From: Candidatus Bathyarchaeota archaeon
GTDB lineage: Archaea; Thermoproteota; Bathyarchaeia; Bathyarchaeales; Bathycorpusculaceae
Assembly: GCA_963707955.1 (NCBI GenBank)
Contig: OY970176.1
Coordinates: forward strand, 160,001-224,000
DNA: 64,000 nt
Direction: 5' to 3'
Part shown: one piece after another, positions 8,717 to 19,344 of the stretch
Layout: every line of letters starts with the position of its first letter
How positions within the stretch are numbered: the first letter of the stretch is position 1
Translations under genes and position numbers: made by a program
The notes under the pieces: model-generated
The model's database searches: none
What the model was told of the DNA's origin: nothing
What the model saw: the letters and a program-made list of their open reading frames with translations, nothing else

Positions 8717-9262
8717 TTATGCGTATTCTCTTCTGTAAGCAGCCAGGCAGATTGCTCTAACAATCAGAGATGCCCCTATTAGCACTATTATCATGGACCA
8801 GAACTCAAACCATGGTTGAGCGTTTGTTGGGTAGGGTAAGCTGTTCGTGGGGTCTATAAGCCACGTCTGGATCAGATAGATCGCTCCGAACCAGAAGACA
8901 ATGTTTGAGATGTTCTGTGCCTTTCTGCGCCATGTTGAATCAAATGCAAACCTCATAACTAGTAGTGCTATGAGGAAGATTCCCCAAGCCACGCTGAATT
9001 GCTGTGCTGCTGAGTAAACGGCCAAATTCGCCTCGTGCACAGTAGAGTTAGTTGCTGAACGCTGAGCGTCGGGAGCAGGAAGCTGTATTTGCGTGTTGGG
9101 AACAGCTGATGTGGCGTTGAAGTTGTTGAAGAATGTGACCGTGTCAGCGTAGAGATTGGGTTTGATCACAAAAAGGACACCGATCAACAGCAAAAAGAAA
9201 CCTGCTGAGACGGCACTCAAAAGTCCTTCTCTGCGTCTTCGTGAAATACCTCCGAAATTCAT
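8717..9262 (-). CDS. Membrane protein
   Basis: About four hydrophobic helices. Confidence 0.75.
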   Translation of the reverse strand: MNFGGISRRRREGLLSAVSAGFFLLLIGVLFVIKPNLYADTVTFFNNFNATSAVPNTQIQLPAPDAQRSATNSTVHEANLAVYSAAQQFSVAWGIFLIALLVMRFAFDSTWRRKAQNISNIVFWFGAIYLIQTWLIDPTNSLPYPTNAQPWFEFWSMIIVLIGASLIVRAICLAAYRREYA

Positions 9263-9378
9263 TCAATTTTCTCCTTTTGGACTATTCTCAACACGTGAAT
9301 ATATAACATTTCTCGGGATGGACATGTTTTAAATATAAGTGTTTAAAATAGAAAGGCAGAAAACAGGAGTGAAGAATT

Positions 9379-9765
9379 ATGTCATACTGTCCAAAATGTG
9401 GTGCCGTGGTCACAGAAGAGATGAGTTTTTGCCCCAAATGCGGTGCCCCATTGAAAGCGGCACAAGCTCCTGCTGAGCCGAGATTCAGAGAGTATCGAAG
9501 AGGCGAAAAATCCGAGAAAAGCGAAAAGGCCGAGAAACGCGAGAAAGGCGAAAAAGGGGAGAAGCACGAGCTTGGGTTTTTCGGTCCACTGATCGGGGGT
9601 TTAATCCTCATATTTCTGGGTGTAGCAGCTTTCGTTGGAGTTTCTTATCCGCGCTACGATTTGAGAACGTTCTGGGCTTTCTTCCTTCTCTTGATTGGAG
9701 TGATAGTGATCGTCGTGGCAATTTATTACGCTTTCGTGCTGCGCAAGAGGCACCCGAGGCCTTAG
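9379..9765 (+). CDS. Zinc-ribbon membrane protein
   Basis: CPKCG...CPKCG, EKx repeats, two C-terminal TM helices. Confidence 0.85.
   Translation: MSYCPKCGAVVTEEMSFCPKCGAPLKAAQAPAEPRFREYRRGEKSEKSEKAEKREKGEKGEKHELGFFGPLIGGLILIFLGVAAFVGVSYPRYDLRTFWAFFLLLIGVIVIVVAIYYAFVLRKRHPRP
9505..9567 (+). repeat. Degenerate 9-bp coding tandem repeat, (EKx)7
   Basis: GARAARNNN x7 encoding EKSEKSEKAEKREKGEKGEKH. Confidence 0.8.
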
Positions 9766-10907
9766 AGTAGCCATCCGAGAAAGAACCTGTGAAGCCTATG
9801 CTCGAGAAGCGTTTGAGCATTGCGTCTGCCAAACACTCGAAAATAATTCTTCCCCGCAGACTCGATCATATCTCCGATGGCGTACCTCGGGAACAGGCAT
9901 GAGGACACTATCAACTCACCCCATTCTCCGCGGTCAAGTTCATGCAGCATCTTTATCCCTCGGCCCGTTTTTACCTCGAAGAAATAGGTGTCATAGTTCG
10001 GAGTAACGTATGGCAACTCGTCGAGTTGCTGACCGAAAACTCCCTCCGTTGCGCTGTATATCTCCACCACTGGGACATCTCCGAAGTATTCTCTGAGCCT
10101 TGGTGCATACCTGAACTGGATCTTTCGAACACTCGTGCAGAATAGTGCGCGCAATTTCCAAAGTCCTTTCGGTCTTTCACCGTGTTTTCGCATAACGTAC
10201 TTAGCAAAAGACAGGATCACAGGAGTCACGCCCATCGCGCCAGTCACGTTTTCGTGAAGCGCACGTTGGTAAACCAGCTCAAACCTTTTTTCCCAATCCC
10301 GCGTGGTGATTCCTGATCCCAGCTCATCTATTTCCTCTTGCCTTGGTAGAAGTCCGACCCTGTCAAGTGCAGGGATCAATTTTGCGTAGGTTCCTGAACT
10401 GTAGCCGTAAGTCATCGTTTGCCCGTTCATCACGATTGTGTGGACATTGGACGGAAAGTTTAGGTTCAGAATTTTGCCATCAAGAAGCTCATAGTCCTTG
10501 TTTCTTAGCGCATGGTTTATCAAAGCTCTGGATCCGCATGTCAGGATCTGCTCAATGTGTGTCTTTGTGGCGGGCAACACTTTTGCGGGGCCAGTGGAAC
10601 CCCGTGTCATCACCCAACACACCATTGGTTCTGGGAGAATTGAGCTGTAATCGCCTTTCATTATGTCTGACAAGTAGGAGCTAAGTCCATCGTAGTTGAT
10701 TATTGGGAAGTTTCTCCTGAAGTCTTCGATGTCTTCTGTCTGGGACGCGTGGTGCCCTTCTCCGTAACGCGTCTTTGCGCATTCTTTCATTAAGCCAGAA
10801 AGCACTTGCCTCTGGGTCTCTTGAGGGGTCTTCAGGGACTCGTACCAAGGCCCTATCAACGGCCAGAAAACTGTGCCACTTCTTTCTTCAGGTAACATCT
10901 CGTTCAA
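9762..10907 (-). CDS. GH3-family adenylate-forming (acyl-amido synthetase-like) protein
   Basis: TRGSTGPAKVLP, YSATEG, RYAIGD, FGR motifs. Confidence 0.8.
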   Translation of the reverse strand: MNEMLPEERSGTVFWPLIGPWYESLKTPQETQRQVLSGLMKECAKTRYGEGHHASQTEDIEDFRRNFPIINYDGLSSYLSDIMKGDYSSILPEPMVCWVMTRGSTGPAKVLPATKTHIEQILTCGSRALINHALRNKDYELLDGKILNLNFPSNVHTIVMNGQTMTYGYSSGTYAKLIPALDRVGLLPRQEEIDELGSGITTRDWEKRFELVYQRALHENVTGAMGVTPVILSFAKYVMRKHGERPKGLWKLRALFCTSVRKIQFRYAPRLREYFGDVPVVEIYSATEGVFGQQLDELPYVTPNYDTYFFEVKTGRGIKMLHELDRGEWGELIVSSCLFPRYAIGDMIESAGKNYFRVFGRRNAQTLLEHRLHRFFLGWLL

Positions 10908-11012
10908 AGACCATTCTGGCCTAGTTGCTTTATATGTTTCCTCGTTGAGGAGCGGAATATGAAATCTCCTCTGTCTTTGAGTTGAGAGAAAAATGGAGGA
11001 TGGAAGAAGCGC

Positions 11013-11588
11013 CTACGCGTACTTCTGTTCCTTGTCGCAGTACCATCTCTGGTATTGCTGAATGTATCTTAGTGGACTGCTGCAGCTCGCACAGGTCATC
11101 GCGGTGCTTGGTGGTGGCGGGGGTGGTGGTGGAGGTGGATGTTGTCCTCCAAACACTTGCTTGACCGAGACTACAGTGGTTCCTGCAATGCGATCAGTGT
11201 ATTTCTGACGTGGATCTGGTCCCGGGGTGATTATAGCCACTAGCCAATCCAAGATTAGGAATATGCCGAACAGCTTGCTGATATTGCGGATGAATGATTT
11301 GTCAAAAGTGACCTTGCTTCCGTTGGTCATCTGAACTTCGAGTCCAAGGATTTTCTTCCCTACTGTAGCGCCGATTGTCACTTCCATGATTATAAAGTAC
11401 AGCAATGCAAATATCCCGTAGAGAAGTGGAAAGAGCAGAATCCATGCCCACCACAGTGGAGCTATAGCAAACCAGAAAATAACGTAAGCTATGATCGTGA
11501 GAGGTATGCTGTCAATGAGTAACGCGATGAATCGTAGTAGCCAGTGACCGAAGTCGACTTGTGTACTGCTTCTATTTTCGACTGACAT
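11013..11588 (-). CDS. RDD family membrane protein with poly-Pro linker and C-terminal Zn ribbon
   Basis: RFIALLID, GATVGKKILGL, RQKYTDRIAGT. Confidence 0.88.
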   Translation of the reverse strand: MSVENRSSTQVDFGHWLLRFIALLIDSIPLTIIAYVIFWFAIAPLWWAWILLFPLLYGIFALLYFIIMEVTIGATVGKKILGLEVQMTNGSKVTFDKSFIRNISKLFGIFLILDWLVAIITPGPDPRQKYTDRIAGTTVVSVKQVFGGQHPPPPPPPPPPSTAMTCASCSSPLRYIQQYQRWYCDKEQKYA

Positions 11589-11982
11589 TTTAATCGTGCT
11601 AGTATTTTCGACTCCACATGTTATTATCATTTTCTGTTAATGTTGCGCGCGCATGGAAATCATCTAGCTAGTGATGCAATCTTAAACTACGACTAGCGCG
11701 CGCTGATGCATGATGGCCTATCCTAAACCTTAGTGCGTATGGCTGTTCCTACATTCCGTTTAGATGCGATTTGTGTCGCTGGTCTTGCTTCCTGAGCATA
11801 TTTGGATCGTATGGAGACGCGGCGCAGGTTGTGCGCGCACACATTAGTTCAGCCAAGCACCTCACAAGAACCATCAGAAAAGCGCGTGGCTACCGCATCT
11901 GAATCGTGCTGAATTCAGGAATGCGCATGCGCGGTCGTTGACATTGCAAAAAGTGTAGAGTGTTATTTAGGATTGTGTTCTC

Positions 11983-12369
11983 CTAAACGTATTTTTTGTC
12001 TTTGTAGCAGTACCATCTTTGGTATTGCGCAATGTAGGTGAGTGGTCCTCCGCACGTGGGACATACTGGCGTCTGTGACTGCTGGGGCTGCTGAGTTGTT
12101 GGTTGTGGTCCGAAGGTTTGTGGTTGAACAGTCTGTGGTTGAGTGGCTCGAGGCTTGAGGAGGATGTAGTCTCCTGCAGCCTGAATTTCCTCCCAGGGGA
12201 CTTCTCTCGTTTCGCCTTTCTTCGTTTCTACGATCATGGTCATGCCCATTTTTCCCACAGTGAATGCGATATCCTGCACGGTCCCCGCGTCATTACCGTC
12301 GCTGTCAATCACCTGCATACCGATAAGTCGATCCTTTGTCATCGCTTTCTTCTCTTTCTCTTTAGACAT
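11983..12369 (-). CDS. PRC-barrel protein with Q/P linker and C-terminal Zn ribbon
   Basis: LIGMQVIDSDG...GTVQDI, VPWEEI...GDYILL. Confidence 0.85.
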   Translation of the reverse strand: MSKEKEKKAMTKDRLIGMQVIDSDGNDAGTVQDIAFTVGKMGMTMIVETKKGETREVPWEEIQAAGDYILLKPRATQPQTVQPQTFGPQPTTQQPQQSQTPVCPTCGGPLTYIAQYQRWYCYKDKKYV

Positions 12370-12595
12370 TTCAATCGCTTCGAATCGTTGGAACTATAAT
12401 CAGCGGCATATCTTATATATTTTAGGACTTCTGAATCGGTTTTCTCTAGCAATACTCTTCTCAAGTAAGGTTGTGTTCTGCGGTTGTGGTGTTTGCCGAT
12501 TACACAGACAGAAAACGATGTAAACGATCAACCTGAAATGGGCCGTGCATTTCGGGTAATGCTATAATGCTTAAATATGTTCCATCGCTAGTTCT

Positions 12596-14035
12596 ATGGG
12601 AAAACTCATGAAAACATCAGAGGCTGAAAACCTGCGCTTTTTCAACACTTTAACGCGCACAAAGGAGAAGTTCGTCCCGATTGAAGGAGGAAAAGTCAAG
12701 ATATACACCTGCGGGCCAACAGTCTATGACGACAGTCACATAGGAAACTTCAGAGCCTTCCTCTTCGAAGACCTCCTGAGGAGGTGGCTCGAATACCGCG
12801 GGTTCAAGGTCACCCAAGTGATGAACCTGACAGATGTGGACGACAAAACGATTAAGGGTTCAAGAGAAGAGGGCATACCACTTAACGAGTACACGGAACG
12901 CTACATAAAGGCCTTCTTTGAAGATGTGACAAGACTGAACATTCAAAAAGCAGAGTACTACCCAAGAGCCACGGAAAACATTCCTGAAATGGTCTCCCTG
13001 ATCAAGAAACTGTTCGAGAAGGGTTACGCCTACCGAGGCAAGGATGGCTCAGTCTATTATGACATTTCAAAATTTAAGGACTACGGCAAGCTTGCAAGAA
13101 TCAAGGTTGAAGAGCTCAAGGTCGGCGCCAGAGTGAAGGCTGACGAGTACGCGAAAGAGGAAGCTCGCGATTTTGCCCTATGGAAAGCTTGGGACGAACA
13201 GGACGGCCCCGTTTTCTGGGAGACAGAGGTTGGCAAGGGCAGACCCGGATGGCACATCGAGTGCTCGGCAATGTCGATGAAATACTTGGGCGAAACCTTA
13301 GACATTCACTGCGGCGGCGTGGACAACCTGTTTCCGCACCACGAAAACGAGATTGCCCAGAGCGAAGCGGTCACGGGCAAGAAGTTCGTGAATTATTGGC
13401 TTCACAACGAGTGGTTGCTATCTGAAGGAAAGCGAATGGCCAAAAGCTTCCACAACTATTACACGCTGAGCGACTTAATGAAGAAGGGTTATGACGCGAA
13501 AGCCGTTCGTTATCTGCTGTTAGCAACTCACTACAGACAACAATTCAATTTCACTCTTGAAGGGCTCGAGGCTGCGAAGGGAGCCGTTGAACGTCTGACC
13601 AATTTCATGCACCGACTTAGAGATTCGGATGGAGAGGGTTCTGGAGAGAGAGCAAAGCTGCTCATGGAACACGTGGAAAAAGACTTCGCCGAAGCAATGG
13701 ATGACGACCTAGGCATAAGTGAGGCCCTGGCGGCACTTTTTGATTTCGTAAGGGAAGTCAACGTCCTTCTGGACAGCAATTTGCTCAGCAAGGAAGAGGC
13801 ACAGCAAGTCCAGAGTCTGATGAATAGTTTCGACGGGGTTCTCGGCGTAATCGGCGAAGTCAAGAAGGAAGCGAAGCTTTCGAAAGAGGCTGAAGAACTT
13901 GTCCAGAAGAGAGAGCAGGCCAGAAAGGCCAAAGACTGGAAGACAGCTGACCAGATTAGAATGCAGCTTAAGGCTATGGGCGTGATAATAGAGGACACTT
14001 CTCAAGGTGTTAAATGGAGACTTGAGAAGCGCTAG
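12596..14035 (+). CDS. cysS: Cysteine--tRNA ligase
   Basis: CGPTVY, HIGN, GRPGWHIECSAM, FPHHENE, RMAKS. Confidence 0.97.
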   Translation: MGKLMKTSEAENLRFFNTLTRTKEKFVPIEGGKVKIYTCGPTVYDDSHIGNFRAFLFEDLLRRWLEYRGFKVTQVMNLTDVDDKTIKGSREEGIPLNEYTERYIKAFFEDVTRLNIQKAEYYPRATENIPEMVSLIKKLFEKGYAYRGKDGSVYYDISKFKDYGKLARIKVEELKVGARVKADEYAKEEARDFALWKAWDEQDGPVFWETEVGKGRPGWHIECSAMSMKYLGETLDIHCGGVDNLFPHHENEIAQSEAVTGKKFVNYWLHNEWLLSEGKRMAKSFHNYYTLSDLMKKGYDAKAVRYLLLATHYRQQFNFTLEGLEAAKGAVERLTNFMHRLRDSDGEGSGERAKLLMEHVEKDFAEAMDDDLGISEALAALFDFVREVNVLLDSNLLSKEEAQQVQSLMNSFDGVLGVIGEVKKEAKLSKEAEELVQKREQARKAKDWKTADQIRMQLKAMGVIIEDTSQGVKWRLEKR

Positions 14036-14092
14036 CTGAGCAGTTCTTTTATTCAGAGAACTTCCTCAAACAGAGAAAGGTGTAGAGCAATC

Positions 14093-14638
14093 ATGGATTG
14101 GCGCGAGCAACTGATGCTCAACATGTTTCGCATTCTCAGAGTGCTCCGCATGGATAGAATACTAGCACACGCGCTGCAGTTGAGCACTTCAACGCATAGG
14201 TTCACGGATTACTTCACCGGCATGGAGAGAGTAGAGGCTGTCAGGGAGATCTTTGGAGAAAGGACAAATGAGGTTTTGCGCAATCTCAAGGTTGACTTAA
14301 CCTGGGCAGGCGGCTACATGTGGGTCAACGGGGCAGACGGTCGCCTCATGATAAGCTCCAAATACCTTAACCAAGGCGACAGAGTTGACATATACCTTGA
14401 CCTCATACATGAGCTCGTTCACGTGAAACAGTTCATGGAAGGCAAGGAGCTTTTCGACTCTCATTACAGCTACGCCGCGAGGCCAACTGAGGTTGAAGCC
14501 TACCGCGTTGCGGTCCGAGAGGCAAGAAGAATGGGACTGAGTGATGAGAGAATATGCGAATACCTAAAAACAGAGTGGATGAGCGATGAAGACCTAGGAC
14601 GGCTGGCAAAGACTTTGAACGTCGACTGCAAGCATTAA
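14093..14638 (+). CDS. Hypothetical HExxH metalloprotease-like protein
   Basis: LIHELVHVKQ...EVEAY. Confidence 0.7.
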   Translation: MDWREQLMLNMFRILRVLRMDRILAHALQLSTSTHRFTDYFTGMERVEAVREIFGERTNEVLRNLKVDLTWAGGYMWVNGADGRLMISSKYLNQGDRVDIYLDLIHELVHVKQFMEGKELFDSHYSYAARPTEVEAYRVAVREARRMGLSDERICEYLKTEWMSDEDLGRLAKTLNVDCKH

Positions 14639-14674
14639 TTGCTACGTCGGCAAATGACTTTGTTCTCACCTGTT

Positions 14675-15516
14675 TTAATGCAGCACGCGTCTTGCAAAGT
14701 CTTCTTGCTTCTGATCGTTGGTTATGCCGTGGAAGTTCCAGTCGTCAGTGGCGTATTTTTCCATGCAAAGATGTTTAGAAAGCTCTAGCTCACCCGCGGT
14801 TAACTGTCCGCTCGTGAGTCTGTTGCCTAAGGCTTTTTCGAAACCCTTAACCAGAGCATCGTTGAGTTCCGCTGCTGAAACAGTTTTTCCAAGTTCAGCG
14901 TTTATTGAAGTGATTCTATTCTCTGCAATGCGCACGATTTGCATACGTGTTTTGGCCCAAGGAACGCGGAGGAAAGTAAACATCCTTTTCAGGTTGACTT
15001 CAGAGAGAAGCGTCCCGTGCTGCAGAAAGGCCCCGCTTCTGTGGGCTTGAGCGCTTCCAGAGATTTTCTTTCCGTTGACCGTTAAGTTTGGGCAGGCTTT
15101 GCTGTGCCTTGGTTGAAATCTGCGTGAATACCAAGTATTCGGAGTGATTCAGCTAGGCCAGCGTAGATTCTCGAGTAGACCGCGGCTATTTCTTCAGCTC
15201 CCAAGTCCTCTTTTCTGGCGATCACGCTGTACGTGATCTCGTCTTGAGCGTCATGGTAGACTGTGCCTCCGCCTGTTATCCGTCTTACGACATCAACGTT
15301 GTGTTTTCTACAGTTGTCCAGTTGGACTTCTTTCTCGATTTCTTGGAATCTTCCAACAGAAACGGCGGAGGGTTTCCAGCGATAGAATCTTAGAGTGTTC
15401 GGAACCACGCTTTGAATTCTTGCTCTTAGAATAGCTTCGTCCATAGCCATGTTCATGAACGCGTCATAAATTTCAAGTTCTAGCAGACGCCAAGCAGTCA
15501 AGTTAATATCCGCCAA
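14675..15516 (-). CDS. lplA: Lipoate-protein ligase A family, split by a 1-nt deletion near 15098
   Basis: NMAMDEA, RRITGGGTVYHD; continues in another frame as NLTVNGKKISGSAQ...LQHGTLL. Confidence 0.88.
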
Positions 15517-15914
15517 GACTGAAGCTCATACTGCTCTTAATTACGTTTTGATCTCATCAGATACTATCTTTGCCGTCTCACAGCTATTTTAGGGTCAGAA
15601 AGAAGAAGAACAAGGCTTAGAACCTTGAAGGGCACTCAAGACTTTGCTGAGACCGGAAAGCCGAGGGCAAAAAGGGGCTTTCCGACCGAAACAAGGCGCC
15701 CAAGGTAGACAAATCGCGCTCGCGAACTCTGTTCTGCGGCGCAGGTTCTCAAAAGCGGCTGTGGGTCGACGTGCTTTCGCTTGTGTTTTCTGTTTTCATG
15801 GCAACTCTTATATCTGGCTTTCATGAATGGGAAACGAAGCTGAAAGTCGTCAGCGTCTCTTTGCATGAGAACTGTTGTTGTGTTGGTTTAGCATGCTTGA
15901 AGGAGCATAAAGCG

Positions 15915-16832
15915 ATGGAAGCCGTGAAAACTGTTGACCTAGTTAAGGTTTACAAGGGCAAAGAGACTGTTGAGGCTCTAAAAGGGGTAAGTCTCTCTGT
16001 AAAGAAGGGTGAGCTTTTCACTCTCTTGGGGCCAAACGGTGCGGGAAAGACCACTTTTCTGAGGATAATTGCCACGCAGCTTCTGCTGACCAGAGGGGAG
16101 GCGTATGTTTTTCAGCTTAACGTGACGTCGGAGCCGAAGGATGTGCGTAGGCACATTGCTGTTGTTCCGCAGGACGTTCAGACCTATGGCAGCTTTACGC
16201 CTTGGGAGTACTGCTACTACTTCTCGATGTTGCGTGGCATGTCAAGGAATGAGGTGCAGAGAAACGGCGAGAAGGCTTTGAAGGCTGTTGACTTATGGGG
16301 TCTGAGAAACCGGCAGTGCACGAGCCTTTCCGGCGGGGAGAGGAAACGTGCAGTTATAGCTTCTGTGCTGTGTTCTGATGCTGACCTTCTGATGCTTGAT
16401 GAGCCGACGAGTGGGTTGGATGCAGTTGCAAGAAGAAAGGTCTGGGCGGTTCTTAGGGAAATGGTTGGACAAGGAAGGTCCATCCTGTTGACGACCCACA
16501 TCATGGAGGAAGCCGAAATGCTGTCCGACAGGCTTGCAGTGATCAACAAGGGACTGGTCGTTGCTGAAGGAACTCCTCAGGAGATAAGGGGTTTGGCACA
16601 GGAGAAGTATCGCGTCGTCGTGGAAGGCAAACTGGAGGACATTTCTGCTCTTCAGGCGATTTGTCGTACTGCGAAGTTTGGCAGCAGGCAAATCTTCTAT
16701 TTCAAGGCTGAGGATGAGGCTTTGGGACTTGCGAAGGCGGCTCTGAAGAGGGGGTTGAAGGCCGAGATAGCGCCGACCACGCTTGAAGACGTTTTTGTTG
16801 AGCTTGTCGGTGGAGAACAGTATGAACCTTAA
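15915..16832 (+). CDS. ABC transporter ATP-binding protein
   Basis: GPNGAGKTT, LSGGE, LDEPT; ATG 15915 preferred over the longer ORF. Confidence 0.92.
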   Translation: MEAVKTVDLVKVYKGKETVEALKGVSLSVKKGELFTLLGPNGAGKTTFLRIIATQLLLTRGEAYVFQLNVTSEPKDVRRHIAVVPQDVQTYGSFTPWEYCYYFSMLRGMSRNEVQRNGEKALKAVDLWGLRNRQCTSLSGGERKRAVIASVLCSDADLLMLDEPTSGLDAVARRKVWAVLREMVGQGRSILLTTHIMEEAEMLSDRLAVINKGLVVAEGTPQEIRGLAQEKYRVVVEGKLEDISALQAICRTAKFGSRQIFYFKAEDEALGLAKAALKRGLKAEIAPTTLEDVFVELVGGEQYEP

Positions 16833-17565
16833 ACCCTTGAAAGACGTCTACATTATCGCTACGATGAAGGCCATTCCGGACATTAAGAGACAGCCGTTGT
16901 CGTTGATCATCATAACCTTCTTGAGTTTTATTCCGCTGTTCTTCACCTACTTCTTCGGGGGGCAAAACTACGCCTACGCCCTCGTTGGTGGAATGGTCGG
17001 TTCCATCGGTTTCATCGGTTTGGCCTCAGCAGTGCAGGACATTACTTGGGACAGGTACGTGAAAATAAGAGAGATGATCGTGGCCATGCCTGTTCACCCT
17101 CTTTCCTACTCCTTCGGTGTGGCATTGTCCAAGCTGTTGTACGCGTCTCCTGGTTTCATAATCTTCGTAGTGATTTCCACTGTTTTTCGGATCCTTCCTC
17201 TTTCGTCGCTGGGCTGGGTTGTAGCCGCGGTGTTTCTGTGCTGGGCGGCTTTAAGCAGCATCGGGTTCGTCATGTCGACCTATCTGAGGAACGCGAACAT
17301 AAACACGCTGAACAATGTGTCCAACATCCTTGGAATACTGTTCATTTTCCTGCCACCCGTGTTCTATTCTGAGCAGGTTTGGGGTAGTTTCCATTGGTTA
17401 GCAATCGTTTTTCCAACTTCGAATGCTGCTGGATTAATAAAGTCTTACGCAGGTATTTCGCCCTTGACGTCTGAAATAGTGCTGATTCGCTGGCTCGTTC
17501 TTATCATAACGACCGTAGTCTCGTTGCTGTTGGTGGCTCTTAAGAGTAGGTGGAGAGAAGAATAG
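16822..17565 (+). CDS. ABC-2 type permease
   Basis: Six TM helices, overlaps the ATPase stop. Confidence 0.88.
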   Translation: MNLKPLKDVYIIATMKAIPDIKRQPLSLIIITFLSFIPLFFTYFFGGQNYAYALVGGMVGSIGFIGLASAVQDITWDRYVKIREMIVAMPVHPLSYSFGVALSKLLYASPGFIIFVVISTVFRILPLSSLGWVVAAVFLCWAALSSIGFVMSTYLRNANINTLNNVSNILGILFIFLPPVFYSEQVWGSFHWLAIVFPTSNAAGLIKSYAGISPLTSEIVLIRWLVLIITTVVSLLLVALKSRWREE

Positions 17566-17614
17566 CGATTTGTAAATGCAACATGGATCAAACATTAGAA
17601 AGCTTGTGAAGGTC

Positions 17615-18007
17615 ATGAACGAGGGTTTGACAATTTCTATAAACAAAGAGTTGCTTGAAGCAATTCTTGAGGGTGCAAGGAGGCTATATCCTAAGGAAAC
17701 TATGTTGCTTCTCAGAGGAAAAAAAAGCAAGAAGTCTGTAGAAATAAGTGACCTTCTCATTCCCCCGCTTGCCACGTATGGTCGGGGCTTTTCAAGCCTT
17801 CCGCTTCACATGCTGCCCATGGACTTCTCTCTTGTGGGAACAGCGCATAGTCACCCTTCAGGGAACCTGATGCCCTCGTACACTGACCTGAACCATTTCT
17901 TCGGCGTGGTACTCATGATCACAGCGTTCCCTTTTAGAAACAAGGAAAACGTGGCCGTCTACAATCGCAGCGGAGAGAAGCTGACGCTTCACGTGACCGA
18001 AGCCTAA
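17615..18007 (+). CDS. JAMM/MPN+ metalloprotease
   Basis: YPKE and HSHPSGNLMPSYTD motif. Confidence 0.9.
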   Translation: MNEGLTISINKELLEAILEGARRLYPKETMLLLRGKKSKKSVEISDLLIPPLATYGRGFSSLPLHMLPMDFSLVGTAHSHPSGNLMPSYTDLNHFFGVVLMITAFPFRNKENVAVYNRSGEKLTLHVTEA

Positions 18008-18071
18008 AGAAAAATCAAGAGAGGAAAAACGTAAATCATCTTATTGATTTTTCATCCATCTGTGGCAGCCT

Positions 18072-19175
18072 TTGTTGACAAGAGTCATAATGCTGGTTGA
18101 CTTGGACTACTTCTTTGCGCAATGCGAGGAGCTGCGAAACCCAGCGCTCAGGGACAAACCAGTAGTGGTCTGCGTCTATTCTGGGCGCAGCAAAGACAGC
18201 GGAGCCGTGAGCACTGCAAACTACATCGCTCGAAAATACGGAGTGAAGTCTGGCATACCGATTTTTTTGGCGAAAAAGAAACTCGAAAGCGGTGATGCCG
18301 CATTTCTGGCCGTTGACCATCAGTTCTACGAGGAAGTTTCAGAGAAGGTTATGAACCTGCTCGAAGCCTACGCTGACCAATTCGAGCAGGTGGGCATAGA
18401 TGAAGCGTACCTTGACGTGACCGAACGGGTAGGTGGAAGCTTTCAAGAAGCCAAACTGCTGGCTGAGACGGTAAAGACTGAGATGCGAAATCAGCTGAAA
18501 CTCACCTGTTCAGTCGGGGTTGGGCCCAACAAGCTTGTCGCAAAGATCGCCGCCGACGAGAAAAAACCGGGCGGTCTAACCGTGATAGCCCCCAATCAAG
18601 TCAAGAGCTTCCTGGCACCGCTTCCGGTAGATCGGCTCATCGGTGTTGGAACCAAGACACTGGAAAAGATGCAGACGCTGGGAATAAGCAAGGTCGGCGA
18701 CCTGGCAAACTATGACGTGCAGAAGTTGATTGCAGTTTTCGGCAAGACCCTTGGAACCTATTTCCACAACGCCTCACTCGGCATGGACAACGAGCCTGTC
18801 CAGGAAAGGGGCGAAGCAGAATCCATAAGCAGGATTGCCACTTTGAAACAGGACACTATGGATCTGACTCTAATCTTGGAGCAGACTGATCGCATCTGTA
18901 ACGAGGTGTACGACAGAATTATGGAGGAAAAGCTCACTTTCAAAACAGTAGGCATAGTTGCGATCACGAAAGACATGAAAGTTCACACTAGGTCCAGGAC
19001 GTTCGAAAACTCGTCGAACAGCCTTGAACTGATAAAGAAAACTGTGGTTGAGCTTTTTGAAAAGTTTCAGAGCGACACTCAGCTCGAGACGCGAAGAGTC
19101 GGTGTTAAGGTGTCAAACTTTGCTGGATTGGAGAAAGGTCAGAAGCAGATAACAAGCTTCATTGAACCAGCTTGA
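18072..19175 (+). CDS. dinB: DNA polymerase IV (Y family, Dpo4/Dbh)
   Basis: VDLDYFFAQ, ANYIARKYG, GIDEAYLD, KPGG. Confidence 0.95.
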   Translation: MLTRVIMLVDLDYFFAQCEELRNPALRDKPVVVCVYSGRSKDSGAVSTANYIARKYGVKSGIPIFLAKKKLESGDAAFLAVDHQFYEEVSEKVMNLLEAYADQFEQVGIDEAYLDVTERVGGSFQEAKLLAETVKTEMRNQLKLTCSVGVGPNKLVAKIAADEKKPGGLTVIAPNQVKSFLAPLPVDRLIGVGTKTLEKMQTLGISKVGDLANYDVQKLIAVFGKTLGTYFHNASLGMDNEPVQERGEAESISRIATLKQDTMDLTLILEQTDRICNEVYDRIMEEKLTFKTVGIVAITKDMKVHTRSRTFENSSNSLELIKKTVVELFEKFQSDTQLETRRVGVKVSNFAGLEKGQKQITSFIEPA

Positions 19176-19344
19176 GGCCAACTCTAGCTCAACGGTTCAA
19201 GAAGTTGTCAGCAATCGTCAAGGGGAGTTATGTGACTGTCCACGCGGAGAACTGACACCGTAAGGCGGAGGATAATGTCTTAGGGCTGGAAGAACACGGA
19301 AACCTATTCTACGCAATCGATGCAGGATTAACCGTGCGTTCAGC

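Noticed and set aside
11671-11795. C/D box sRNA (GTGATGC...CTGA...ATGATGG...CTGA)
   Set aside because: Boxes are non-consensus and spacings are too long for archaeal guides.
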